Assembly (NCBI GenBank): GCA_018063805.1
Contig: JAGPAO010000001.1
Span: 1-34,888 of the forward strand
Direction: 5' to 3'
Length of the DNA stretch: 34,888 bases
DNA from: Synergistaceae bacterium
GTDB lineage: Bacteria > Synergistota > Synergistia > Synergistales > Synergistaceae
Positions 26,285 to 34,596 of this stretch are shown in pieces; positions within the stretch are counted from its first letter, which is position 1; each line of letters starts with the position of its first letter. The position numbers and the translations under genes were made by a program. The notes beneath the pieces are model-generated. The model saw only the letters and a program-made list of their open reading frames with translations. It did no database searches and was not told the DNA's origin.

Positions 26285-27612
26285 AACTGACAGTCATTGG
26301 AACGGGGTACGTGGGACTTGTGGCCGGAGCCTGCTTTGCAAAATTTGGGAATGAAGTGCACTGTGTGGATAAGGATCCGCGCAAACTTGCGATTTTAAGA
26401 GAGGGGAAATCCCCTTTTTACGAACCGGGGCTTGGGGAAATACTCACCGCGTGTTTGAGAGAGAGGCGAATTTTTTTCACGGATGACCTTCTCTCCGTCA
26501 TGCCGGGGACGGATGTTTGCTTGATTGCTGTCGGAACGCCTACCGATTGTTCCGGTTGTGCGGCGGATCTTCAATATGTTGAAGCGGCGGCGCGTGAAAT
26601 TGGTGCTTGCATGAATGAATATAAACTGGTCGTCACAAAATCTACGGTGCCCGTCGGTACAGCGGAAAAAATCAGAAAGGTGATCCAGGAAGAACTGGAC
26701 CGCCGCGGCGTTCAAATCCCCTTTGACGTGGCATCCAACCCGGAATTTTTACGCGAGGGTGCAGCCATAAGGGATTTTCTGGAGCCTGATCGCCTTGTCT
26801 TCGGCGTTGACAGTGACAGAGCTGCGAGAATCTTATATCATCTGTACTCTTTTATCCCTCAAGAACGTCTTTTTAAAATGGATATTCCCTCCGCAGAGAT
26901 GACGAAGTACGCCGCAAATGCGATGCTGGCGCTGCGCATTTCATTTATGAATGAAATCGCTCAAATCTGTGAGCGCACAGGGGCGGATGTGGAGAATGTC
27001 CGCATGGGAGTCGGTACGGACAGCCGCATAGGGGATCAATTTTTACGGGCAGGGTGCGGGTTCGGCGGCTCTTGTTTTCCCAAGGATGTGCGGGCGCTGC
27101 AGGATTTTGCGCGCGGTGCCGGTTATGAGTCCAGGATCCTTGCTGCGGTAGAACACGTCAATGAAAAACAAAAGGAAATCTTGTACGATAAGCTGGAGCA
27201 GCACTTTGGTTCCCTTGCGGGCAAGAAAATTGCGATCTGGGGGCTTTCCTTTAAACCTAAAACATCCGATGTGCGCGAGGCTCCGTCGCTCGTACTGATT
27301 CACAAATTACTGGAACAGGGAGCCACGGTGCAGGTGCATGACCCGGAGGCAATGGACGAAGCGCGCCTAACCTTGGGGGATATTCCGGGGATAACCTATG
27401 TGGAGCAGCACTTTGATGCCCTAAACGGCGCGGATGCGCTTGTTTTGGTTACGGAATGGGATATTTATCGCCAGCCGGATTTTAACCGTGTGCAATCAAT
27501 GCTTTCTTCGCCTGTGATTGTGGATGGACGTAACCTCTATTTGCCGGAAGAGTTAATCGGGCTTGGTTTTTATTACTATGGGATTGGGCGTCAGTTGAAC
27601 CGTTCGGTTTAA
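26281..27612 (+). CDS. ugd: UDP-glucose 6-dehydrogenase
   Basis: N-terminal VIGTGYVGLV...GKSPFYEPGL, catalytic GFGGSCFPKD and C-terminal WGLSFKP.TSDVREAP. The GTG start overlaps the ftsH stop as GTGA. Confidence 0.9.
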   Translation: MKLTVIGTGYVGLVAGACFAKFGNEVHCVDKDPRKLAILREGKSPFYEPGLGEILTACLRERRIFFTDDLLSVMPGTDVCLIAVGTPTDCSGCAADLQYVEAAAREIGACMNEYKLVVTKSTVPVGTAEKIRKVIQEELDRRGVQIPFDVASNPEFLREGAAIRDFLEPDRLVFGVDSDRAARILYHLYSFIPQERLFKMDIPSAEMTKYAANAMLALRISFMNEIAQICERTGADVENVRMGVGTDSRIGDQFLRAGCGFGGSCFPKDVRALQDFARGAGYESRILAAVEHVNEKQKEILYDKLEQHFGSLAGKKIAIWGLSFKPKTSDVREAPSLVLIHKLLEQGATVQVHDPEAMDEARLTLGDIPGITYVEQHFDALNGADALVLVTEWDIYRQPDFNRVQSMLSSPVIVDGRNLYLPEELIGLGFYYYGIGRQLNRSV

Positions 27613-27613
27613 G
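27413..27613 (+). repeat. direct repeat copy 1: intact 3' end of ugd (partner at 29376-29510)
   Basis: Hand alignment: 27413-27456 matches 29376-29419 with 2 mismatches in 44 nt, and 27523-27613 matches 29420-29510 with 5 mismatches in 91 nt. Positions 27457-27522 (66 nt) are absent from copy 2. Confidence 0.9.
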
Positions 27614-27678
27614 CGCACTACAGGAATGCGACTCTTACAACCAAACACAAAGCGGTTTGCCCTTTGCCGTATATGGTA

Positions 27679-27707
27679 TTGACTTTAGTAGGCGATCGGT
27701 CTAATAT
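27679..27707 (+). promoter_or_regulatory. sigma70 promoter with embedded operator-like inverted repeat, driving the TetR gene
   Basis: TTGACT (27679-27684), a 17-nt spacer, then TAATAT (27702-27707). TAGGCGATCGGTCTA (27689-27703) lies in the spacer. The -10 ends 7 nt before the ATG at 27715. Confidence 0.6.
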
Positions 27708-27714
27708 AAGTGAT

Positions 27715-28347
27715 ATGAAAATAAACTCGAAGATTCCTCGTGGGCGACCGCCTAAACAACGTGATGGACAATTAAACACACGAGAATTACTCATTATGGC
27801 GGGTGTTGAAGTCTTAACGGAAAAAGGTTATTCCGCCGCAGGGATCGATGAAATCTTAAAGCGGGTCGGAGTGCCAAAGGGGTCTTTTTATCATTATTTC
27901 AAGAATAAAGAGAGCTTTGGTCTCGAAATTCTTGAATGCTATGCCGCTTATTTTGCGCGTAAGTTGGAACTTCATTTTTGTGATAATTCACTTCCTCCTT
28001 TTGGGAGGATACATGCCTTCGTTGAGGACGCGAAGGATGGCCTGCGTCGGTATGGCTACACGCGCGGTTGTTTAGTCGGGAGATTGGGGCAGGAAATGAA
28101 CGTTTTGCCGGAACCTTTTCGCAATCGCCTTATTGAAATTTTTGAGGATTGGCAGACGCGCTTGGCGAGTGTTTTAAAGGAAGCACATAAGGAAAAAGCC
28201 TTTTCGACGCGCTTGAGCTACGAGCAATTAGCAAGTTTTTTCTGGATTGGCTGGGAGGGGGCAGTGTTGAGGGCAAGCATCGAGCGTTCTTCAAAGGCAA
28301 TCGATATTTTTACAGAAGGTTTTTTGAGCGGATTGTTAGCAGAGTGA
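27715..28347 (+). CDS. TetR/AcrR-family transcriptional regulator
   Basis: N-terminal HTH (RELLIMAGVEVLTEKGYSAAGIDEILKRVGVPKGSFYHYFKNKE). I prefer the ATG at 27715 because the 17 upstream codons of the track ORF cover the promoter. Confidence 0.85.
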   Translation: MKINSKIPRGRPPKQRDGQLNTRELLIMAGVEVLTEKGYSAAGIDEILKRVGVPKGSFYHYFKNKESFGLEILECYAAYFARKLELHFCDNSLPPFGRIHAFVEDAKDGLRRYGYTRGCLVGRLGQEMNVLPEPFRNRLIEIFEDWQTRLASVLKEAHKEKAFSTRLSYEQLASFFWIGWEGAVLRASIERSSKAIDIFTEGFLSGLLAE

Positions 28348-28364
28348 TTTTTTTTAATATTTTA

Positions 28365-28379
28365 TAGACGATCGGTCTA
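28365..28379. promoter_or_regulatory. second copy of the operator-like inverted repeat, upstream of the oxidoreductase gene
   Basis: TAGACGATCGGTCTA has arms TAGAC/GTCTA and matches 14 of 15 positions of the site at 27689-27703. It overlaps a possible -10, TAGAAT (28378-28383). Confidence 0.5.
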
Positions 28380-28395
28380 GAATGGGGTGTTGTAG

Positions 28396-29379
28396 ATGTT
28401 TAAAGGGATTTTGATTGAAAAAGATGAAAATGGTTATAGAGCAGAGCTGAAAAACATTGATGAGCAACAATTGCCTGAGGGAGACGTAACGGTTCGCATC
28501 GCTTATTCATCATTAAACTACAAGGATAGTTTGGCGATTACGGGTAAAGGCCCTGTTGTCCGTCGTTTTCCTATGGTTCCGGGTATTGATCTTGTGGGTA
28601 CAATCGAAGAGAGTGATAATCCGCAGTATAAAGTCGGGGATGAAGTCCTTCTTAATGGCTGGGGCGTCGGGGAAACCCACTGGGGTGGATTGGCACAGAT
28701 GGCTCGGTTGAAAGGGGATTGGCTTATTCCTCTTCCCTCGGGGTTTACACCATCTCAAGTTGTGTCCATCGGAACAGCAGGATATACGGCGATGCTGTGC
28801 ATCCTCGCGTTGGAGAAAAACGGCGTGAAACCGGGAGACGGTGAAATTCTGGTGACTGGCGCGGCTGGCGGTGTTGGAAGCATCGCGACAGCGATACTTT
28901 CAAAGCTTGGTTATACCGTTGTTGCGGTTTCGGGCCGCACGGCAGAAGCGGAATATCTGAAACGCCTGGGAGCATCTGAGGTTTTAGACCGTTCGCAGTT
29001 TTCTTCTCAGGGCAAACCGCTTGGTAAGGAACGTTGGGCGGGGGCTGTTGATGTTGTCGGCAGTCATACCTTGGCAAACGTATGTGCTACGATGAAATAT
29101 CGTGGGATTGTAACAGCCTGTGGTTTGGCCGGAGGAATGGATTTTCCAACGACTGTTGCGCCTTTTATCCTGCGCGGTGTGACGCTTGTCGGGATCGATA
29201 GTGTTATGTGTCCAAGGGCGGATCGATTGGAGGCGTGGAGGCGTTTGGCAATGGATTTAGACTTATCCCGATTAGAATTAATAAGCTCCGAGGTCGCTTT
29301 GTCAGAAGTTATTCCTCTTGCGGACAAGATGCTGAATGGCGAGATCAGAGGTCGGTTTATTGTTGATGTAAACCGTTGA
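28396..29379 (+). CDS. MDR-superfamily NADPH-dependent oxidoreductase, YhdH/AcuI (acrylyl-CoA reductase / quinone oxidoreductase) family
   Basis: [20 protein letters not shown]......[12 protein letters not shown] and [14 protein letters not shown] are characteristic of the YhdH/YhfP subgroup. Its TGA stop (29377-29379) lies inside the duplicated ugd sequence. Confidence 0.85.
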   Translation: MFKGILIEKDENGYRAELKNIDEQQLPEGDVTVRIAYSSLNYKDSLAITGKGPVVRRFPMVPGIDLVGTIEESDNPQYKVGDEVLLNGWGVGETHWGGLAQMARLKGDWLIPLPSGFTPSQVVSIGTAGYTAMLCILALEKNGVKPGDGEILVTGAAGGVGSIATAILSKLGYTVVAVSGRTAEAEYLKRLGASEVLDRSQFSSQGKPLGKERWAGAVDVVGSHTLANVCATMKYRGIVTACGLAGGMDFPTTVAPFILRGVTLVGIDSVMCPRADRLEAWRRLAMDLDLSRLELISSEVALSEVIPLADKMLNGEIRGRFIVDVNR

Positions 29380-29510
29380 TGCCCTAAACGGCGAGGATGC
29401 GCTTGTTTTGGTTACAGAAGATGGACGCAACCTCTATTTGCCGGAAGAGTTAATCGGACTTGGTTTTTATTACTATGGAATCGGGCGTCAGTTGAACCGC
29501 TCGGTTTAAG
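29376..29510 (+). pseudogene. remnant of a ugd 3' end (direct repeat copy 2, with a 66-bp internal in-frame deletion)
   Basis: 135 nt colinear with the last 201 nt of ugd, including its TAA stop (29507-29509). There are 7 substitutions. No start codon or upstream coding sequence exists. Confidence 0.85.
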
Positions 29511-29514
29511 GGAA

Positions 29515-29564
29515 TGAACGCGTGAGGGGGCATTGCATATCCCTCACGCGTTCATTTTTTTTTT
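29515..29564 (+). terminator. strong intrinsic terminator (shared by the convergent genes)
   Basis: Perfect 14-bp stem TGAACGCGTGAGGG (29515-29528) with CCCTCACGCGTTCA (29541-29554), a 12-nt loop, then 10 T (29555-29564). The T-run overlaps the stop of the minus-strand gene. Confidence 0.85.
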
Positions 29565-31041
29565 AAACTTTTTTCTTTGCTAAGACCACCACAGGGACAA
29601 GCAGTCCGCAAAGGCCTAAAAAGCCAAGTCCGCTGTTGCAACTTCCGCCACTGCTGTCACCGTTATTTTTTGACGTGTATATCTGCGCTAAAACGGCGCT
29701 ATCCGTCATGCCGACTTTTGTCGCGCACATTTTGAGCGTCGTATCTATCGAAACGGTGAACGGCTCGATGTACGTTTTTCGCGCTGTGTTTGCCACGGGG
29801 TCGCTGCCGTCGAGCGTATAGTAAATCGTTGCGTCCAATGTGGCAGAGGTAAGAGTCACTGTCTGTTCGCTGCTATAAAAACCTCCTGGGGGGGTGGCTT
29901 TTGGTGTGCCCACGGTGTTCGTTGCTTGCGTGTACGTCTGTGTCAAAACGGCACTATCCGTCACACCTGCTTTTGCCGCGTAGGCTTTGAGTGTTGTGCC
30001 CATCGCAACGGTGAACGGTGTGCTGTACGTTTTTCGTGCTGTGTTTGCCACGGGGTCGCTGCCGTCGAGCGTATAGTAAATCGTTGCGCCCGATGTGGCG
30101 CAGGTAAGCGTCACCGTCTGCTCACTGTTATACGAGCCTCCGGGGGGGCTGGCTATTGGTTCGGCCACGTTCGTTGCTTGTGTGTACGTTGCTGTCATGA
30201 TGGTGCTTGGGGTCATCCCCGGTTTCTTTGCATAGGCCTTGAGCGCCGTTCCCATTGGGACAGAAAACGGTGCGGAGTATGTTTTGCGCGTGGAAGAGGT
30301 TACGGGGTTGCTCCCGTCGAGTGTGTAGAACATCGTCGCGCCTGTTGTGGAACAGGCAAGCGTGGCTGTTTGCGCACCGGTGTATGAACCGCTAACCGGG
30401 GTGGCGGTAGGCGTGTCGACCAAGGTTGTCGATATCGCAACGATTTTGCTGAAATAAGGAGCCCAATCCGATTGATAATTACTCACGCGATTGGCAGGTG
30501 CGTAAATGGTTACGGCATTCGCACTCATAAAAGCAGCGTTGCCCAGTGCAGGGGGCGTGTCCGTGTTTATGGTTACGCTTGTCAGGTTCGTGCAGTCACG
30601 AAACGCATTCCCGCCAATGTTTGTTAATTGAGTGAGGCCGGATAGATCCACCGTCTTAAGTGCGCTGCAATATCGAAATGTTCCCTCTCCAATGCTAGTT
30701 AAGTTGACGAGGCTGGACAAATCAAGATCTGTGAGAGCCGTAGGCCCCAAAAGGGCGTTATTCGGAATGAACGTTTGATTGTTTCTCAGATCTAGCTTAA
30801 ATGGGGCTGTAAGCCCTCTTAATTTATCCCAGTCGGTTGTTTCAAGGGCACTACCTGTAATGATCAACGTGTCGCCTGTGTTGTAGGTGGGATTGATGGT
30901 TGTCCCTGTGGTTTTTGTTATCGGGACATCTGCTGCTGATGCTCCTGTGGAGTGCATCGAGGCTATCAATAAAACGGTAAAAATGACTGCTATGAGCGTT
31001 TTAGAAAGCTTTTTCTTTGCTTTTCCTTTTTGCTGTGTCAT
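29563..31041 (-). CDS. cell-surface protein: signal peptide, BspA-type leucine-rich repeats, 3 tandem Fn3-associated/chitobiase-C-like domains, Synerg-CTERM-like sorting tail
   Basis: Signal/anchor KKKLSKTLIAVIFTVLLIASMHSTGASA. LRR_5-like units (FRYCSALKTVDLSGLTQLTNIGGNAFRDCTNLTSVTI). Three 85-aa repeats (GSY...TVTLTC...ATIYYTLDGSDP...YS.PF.V...TLKAYA.K.G...S). C-terminus SSGGSCNSGLGFLGLCGLLVPVVVLAKKKV. The ATG at 31041 follows GGAG. Confidence 0.8.
   Translation of the reverse strand: MTQQKGKAKKKLSKTLIAVIFTVLLIASMHSTGASAADVPITKTTGTTINPTYNTGDTLIITGSALETTDWDKLRGLTAPFKLDLRNNQTFIPNNALLGPTALTDLDLSSLVNLTSIGEGTFRYCSALKTVDLSGLTQLTNIGGNAFRDCTNLTSVTINTDTPPALGNAAFMSANAVTIYAPANRVSNYQSDWAPYFSKIVAISTTLVDTPTATPVSGSYTGAQTATLACSTTGATMFYTLDGSNPVTSSTRKTYSAPFSVPMGTALKAYAKKPGMTPSTIMTATYTQATNVAEPIASPPGGSYNSEQTVTLTCATSGATIYYTLDGSDPVANTARKTYSTPFTVAMGTTLKAYAAKAGVTDSAVLTQTYTQATNTVGTPKATPPGGFYSSEQTVTLTSATLDATIYYTLDGSDPVANTARKTYIEPFTVSIDTTLKMCATKVGMTDSAVLAQIYTSKNNGDSSGGSCNSGLGFLGLCGLLVPVVVLAKKKV
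29655..30420 (-). repeat. three tandem 255-bp (85-codon) repeats inside the surface-protein gene
   Basis: The period was measured from the identical string TGTGTTTGCC... at 29785 and 30040 (255 nt apart). A 51-nt stretch is identical between the two promoter-distal units. The third unit (about 30165-30420) is more diverged. The outer boundaries are approximate. Confidence 0.8.
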
Positions 31042-31511
31042 CTTCGTTCTCCAATCCTTCGTTTCGTTATGTTTTTCTGCCTGTGAGCGCAATCGCACTG
31101 GAATAATAACCGGCAAGCCTCCTTCCGAAGTTGTTCTGATTACTGGCCTACGAGAAAGGTTTGTCCGGCGCCTCCGTTTCCTTGAACCTAATTTCGCAAG
31201 AATACCATTACTCCATTCTGTTCTTTGCTTTGTTCTATTGTATCAAAGATAACCATGAAAAAAACAAAATAGAAGGAAAATTCGAAATAAATTTTCTCTT
31301 GTGTTTTTCGTGTCGTAGGCAATGGCTAACGAGCCCTCACGTGCTTGATTTTATTTTAAAAATATGTAAACTATAGGGAGAAAACTAACTGTAACGGAAC
31401 TAAGATTTCTTTGTCTTGCTAAGAGCGGGATGTTTGGTTTGCTTGATCGATATTGCAATGTAGAAGTGCTGTTCGTGAGTCAGATTTTAATCGAAGAAAT
31501 CAGGTGGTTTT

Positions 31512-33278
31512 ATGGAGTTTACCAATAGATTAATCAACGAAACCAGCCCGTATCTTTTGCAGCATGCTCATAACCCCGTTGATTGGTACCCGTGGGGGAA
31601 AGAGGCTTTTCAAAAAGCTGCGGATGAAAACAAGCCTATTTTTTTAAGCGTGGGTTACAGCACCTGCCATTGGTGCCACGTCATGGAACATGAAAGTTTT
31701 GAAGACCCGGAGGTAGCTCAATTTTTAAATGAGCACTTTGTCGCAATAAAAGTGGACAAAGAAGAACGACCGGACATTGACAGTATTTACATGAGCGTAT
31801 GTCAGGCGATGACGGGCAACGGCGGTTGGCCTATGACTATTTTGATGACGCCCGAACAAAAACCGTTTTACGCCGCGACGTATCTTCCCAAGCGCAACTG
31901 GTATAACATGCCGGGGTTATTGGATTTACTTCCTCAAGTCTCCCGAAAATGGCAGATGGAGAGAGGAGCCGTTGAGAAAAGCGCGGACAGTATTATCGAT
32001 TTTGTTAAAAAATCCGAGACGACGGGAGCGCAAAGGGGACCCTCTTGCGAGATCATCAAAGGGGCTTACGGAGATTTGAGTGGGAGTTTTGACAAAACAT
32101 TTGGCGGGTTTGGCAAAGCGCCTAAATTTCCAATGGCTCATGAATTATCCTTTTTAATGCAGTACTACCAGACGGAAAAAGAAGAATACGCCTTGGAAAT
32201 GGCGGAAAAGACGCTGATTCAACTATACAAGGGCGGGATTTTTGACCACATTGGTTTTGGCTTCTCTCGCTATTCCACCGATAGGAAGTGGCTTGTTCCC
32301 CACTTCGAGAAGATGCTGTACGACAACGCCTTGTTGATTATGGCTTATGCGCAAGCCTTTGAGATAACAGGGAACGACACGTACAAAGAGATCATTACAA
32401 AAACCGTATCTTATATTTTTAGAGAGTTAGGGGATGAAAAAGGCGGTTTTTATTGTGCTCAAGACGCGGATAGTGAGGGTGTTGAGGGTAAATATTATGT
32501 CTTTAAGCCAACCGAAATCAAGAGCATTTTAGGGGATTCCATTGGGGACGAATTCAATAAAGTATTTGATATTACGGAAAGGGGAAATTTTGAAGGCAAT
32601 AGCATCCCTAATTTAATTTCTTCATCGGATGCGCACCACGAAATGGGCGTTTATATACCCCAAATATACGCATATCGAAAGAGCCGATATGCGCTGCATC
32701 TGGACGATAAAATACTCACCTCATGGAATGGCTTGATGATCGCTGCGTTGGCAGTGGCGTATGGTGTTGTTCAAGATAAAGAGTACCTTAAAAAGGCAGA
32801 AGAGGCTAGCGGCTTTATTAAGGATCATCTAACTCAGGAGAATCGCGTGTTTACCAGTTACCGGAACGGTAAACGCACCGCAACAGGATTTATCGATGAC
32901 TACTCTTTTTACATCTTTGGCTTGCTGGAGCTTTATCGAGCGACATCAAAAAAAGAGTACTTGGATGACGCTCTGAAATTCACTAAAAGGGTGATAGAAG
33001 AATTTTACGACCATGAAAGGGGTGGTTTTTATCTGTACGGCCAATCCGCGGAGAAACTGCTGATGAGGCCGAAGGAAACGTACGATGGGGCAATCCCCTC
33101 GGGGAACTCTGTAATGGCTTCTAACTTGTTTTATTTATCGCAATTAACCGGAAAGGATGAATATGAGCGTCTTGTAAGACAGCATTTCGGATTTATGGTG
33201 AAGGCGGCTTCCGGCTATCCCTCAGGTCATAGTTTTTTTATGACGGTGCTTTTGATGGGGCAAGGGGTAGGCCTTTAG
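31512..33278 (+). CDS. thioredoxin-domain protein, YyaL/DUF255 family (thioredoxin-like N-domain + alpha/alpha-barrel)
   Basis: [49 protein letters not shown] is the family signature. [11 protein letters not shown] and [10 protein letters not shown] are also present. At 588 aa it may be shorter at the C-terminus than typical members. Confidence 0.85.
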   Translation: MEFTNRLINETSPYLLQHAHNPVDWYPWGKEAFQKAADENKPIFLSVGYSTCHWCHVMEHESFEDPEVAQFLNEHFVAIKVDKEERPDIDSIYMSVCQAMTGNGGWPMTILMTPEQKPFYAATYLPKRNWYNMPGLLDLLPQVSRKWQMERGAVEKSADSIIDFVKKSETTGAQRGPSCEIIKGAYGDLSGSFDKTFGGFGKAPKFPMAHELSFLMQYYQTEKEEYALEMAEKTLIQLYKGGIFDHIGFGFSRYSTDRKWLVPHFEKMLYDNALLIMAYAQAFEITGNDTYKEIITKTVSYIFRELGDEKGGFYCAQDADSEGVEGKYYVFKPTEIKSILGDSIGDEFNKVFDITERGNFEGNSIPNLISSSDAHHEMGVYIPQIYAYRKSRYALHLDDKILTSWNGLMIAALAVAYGVVQDKEYLKKAEEASGFIKDHLTQENRVFTSYRNGKRTATGFIDDYSFYIFGLLELYRATSKKEYLDDALKFTKRVIEEFYDHERGGFYLYGQSAEKLLMRPKETYDGAIPSGNSVMASNLFYLSQLTGKDEYERLVRQHFGFMVKAASGYPSGHSFFMTVLLMGQGVGL

Positions 33279-33327
33279 GCCGTAAAAATTGTTTTTTTAA
33301 AAAGATGAATAGGTGGGTGTTTTGTTG

Positions 33328-34533
33328 ATGAAGGGTACGAAATTTTTCAAGTGTTGCTGTTTGGGGCTTTTTCTTTTTATGTTTGTTCTGTCCAGCGGTG
33401 CGGCTTTTGCTGCAGCTCCGTTTCATATAGGGATCGCAACGCTGACCGTATCGCAAGCGGAGGATACGTATAGAGGTGCCGAGCACATGATGAAATTGTA
33501 CGGTGATGCGGAGAAGGGCGGCTATATCAAACACGTGACGATGCCGGATAATTTTATGGCGGAGATGGAGACGACGATCACTCAGATTGTGGGGCTGGCG
33601 GATGACCCTAAGATGAAGGTGATCGTGGTGGATGACGCTGTTCCCGGTACGACGGAGGCTTTTCGCAGGATAAAGGAAAGGCGTAAGGATATTCTATGTT
33701 TTGCGGGGAATCCGCAAGAGGATCCCAATGTGATCAATTCGGTGTCGGATATGTCTGTCCTTCTGGATATCGTAAACAGAGGGTATTTGCTTGTGGATTC
33801 AGCTAAGAAGCTGGGGGCAAAAACCTTTGTGCACGTGTCGTTTCCTCGGCACATGAGCATAGAGGTCATGGCGCGCAGAAGAGCCATTATAGAGCAAGCA
33901 TGCAAGGATCTTGGGTTAAAATTTGTGTTTCAATCCTCAGCGGATCCCACAAGTGACGTTGGGGTTCCCGGTGCTCAGCAGTTTATCCTTGAGAAGATGC
34001 CCGCATGGATCAAGCAGTATGGGAAAGACGCGGCTTTTTACACGACCAATCAGGCGCAGACAGAGCCGATGCTGGTGCAGATAGCCAAATACGGCGGTAT
34101 TTTTATCGAACCGGAGCTGCCCTCGCCGTTGCAGGGGTATCCCGGGGCCTTTAATGTCAATCTAAAAAAAGAAGCGGGAAATTGGCCGGCAATCAATAAA
34201 AAAGTCGAAGAGGCGGTTGTGAAGGCCGGCGGTAAGGGGCGCATGGGGTCAGGTGCCTATTCGTTCAGTTGGACGAGCGTCTGTGCGCTGGTTGAATACG
34301 GAAAAAATATCGTAGAGGGAAAAACAAAGCCGGGTAACGCCAAGGCGCTTCAAAATGCGTACGGAAAATTTACCCCGGGTGCGAAATGGTCAGTAGAGCC
34401 ATACGTCGATATTTCAACCGGAGTTAGGGCGAAGAACCTCATGATGGTTTTTCAGGATACGTACATCTACGGCAAGGGCTATTTGAACACCCCCGGCGTT
34501 AAAGTCCCCGGAAAATACGCCAAGGTAAAATAA
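33328..34533 (+). CDS. secreted/lipoprotein of periplasmic-binding-protein-like fold, DUF3798-like
   Basis: Signal peptide with a Cys-containing hydrophobic core (FKCCCLGLFLFMFVLSSGAAFA). FHIGIATLTVSQAEDTYRGAE.M...YG...IKHVTMPDNFM.E.ETTI resembles DUF3798 proteins as I recall them. This has not been checked against a database. Confidence 0.55.
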   Translation: MKGTKFFKCCCLGLFLFMFVLSSGAAFAAAPFHIGIATLTVSQAEDTYRGAEHMMKLYGDAEKGGYIKHVTMPDNFMAEMETTITQIVGLADDPKMKVIVVDDAVPGTTEAFRRIKERRKDILCFAGNPQEDPNVINSVSDMSVLLDIVNRGYLLVDSAKKLGAKTFVHVSFPRHMSIEVMARRRAIIEQACKDLGLKFVFQSSADPTSDVGVPGAQQFILEKMPAWIKQYGKDAAFYTTNQAQTEPMLVQIAKYGGIFIEPELPSPLQGYPGAFNVNLKKEAGNWPAINKKVEEAVVKAGGKGRMGSGAYSFSWTSVCALVEYGKNIVEGKTKPGNAKALQNAYGKFTPGAKWSVEPYVDISTGVRAKNLMMVFQDTYIYGKGYLNTPGVKVPGKYAKVK

Positions 34534-34550
34534 GCGGCAGCACGGCTAAG

Positions 34551-34596
34551 GCTGCGGACAACTTCGCGGAACATCGGATGGCGAAGTGTCCGCAGC
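34551..34596 (+). terminator. GC-rich stem-loop 18 nt after the DUF3798 stop (terminator or mRNA-stabilising hairpin, no U-tract)
   Basis: GCTGCGGACAACTTCGC (34551-34567) pairs with GCGAAGTGTCCGCAGC (34581-34596), giving 16 bp with a single-A bulge and a 13-nt loop. Confidence 0.4.

Noticed and set aside
27613-29376. The TetR/oxidoreductase cassette considered as a transposon, integron cassette or integrative element.
   Set aside because: There is no transposase, integrase, terminal inverted repeat or attC-like site. The flanking repeats are 135-201 bp of gene sequence, far longer than target-site duplications. Homologous recombination is the better explanation.
31117-31511. A 395-bp AT-rich divergent intergenic region containing a 71-aa ORF (31161-31376), considered as a small gene or sRNA.
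   Set aside because: The ORF translation is low-complexity and hydrophobic with no Shine-Dalgarno. I found no convincing hairpin/terminator pair or repeat. The region is most simply two divergent promoter regions.
33261-33300. GGCC-TTTA-GGCC mini-hairpin plus T-run after the YyaL stop, considered as a terminator.
   Set aside because: The stem is only 4-5 bp and the stop codon sits in the loop. This is too weak to report as a feature.
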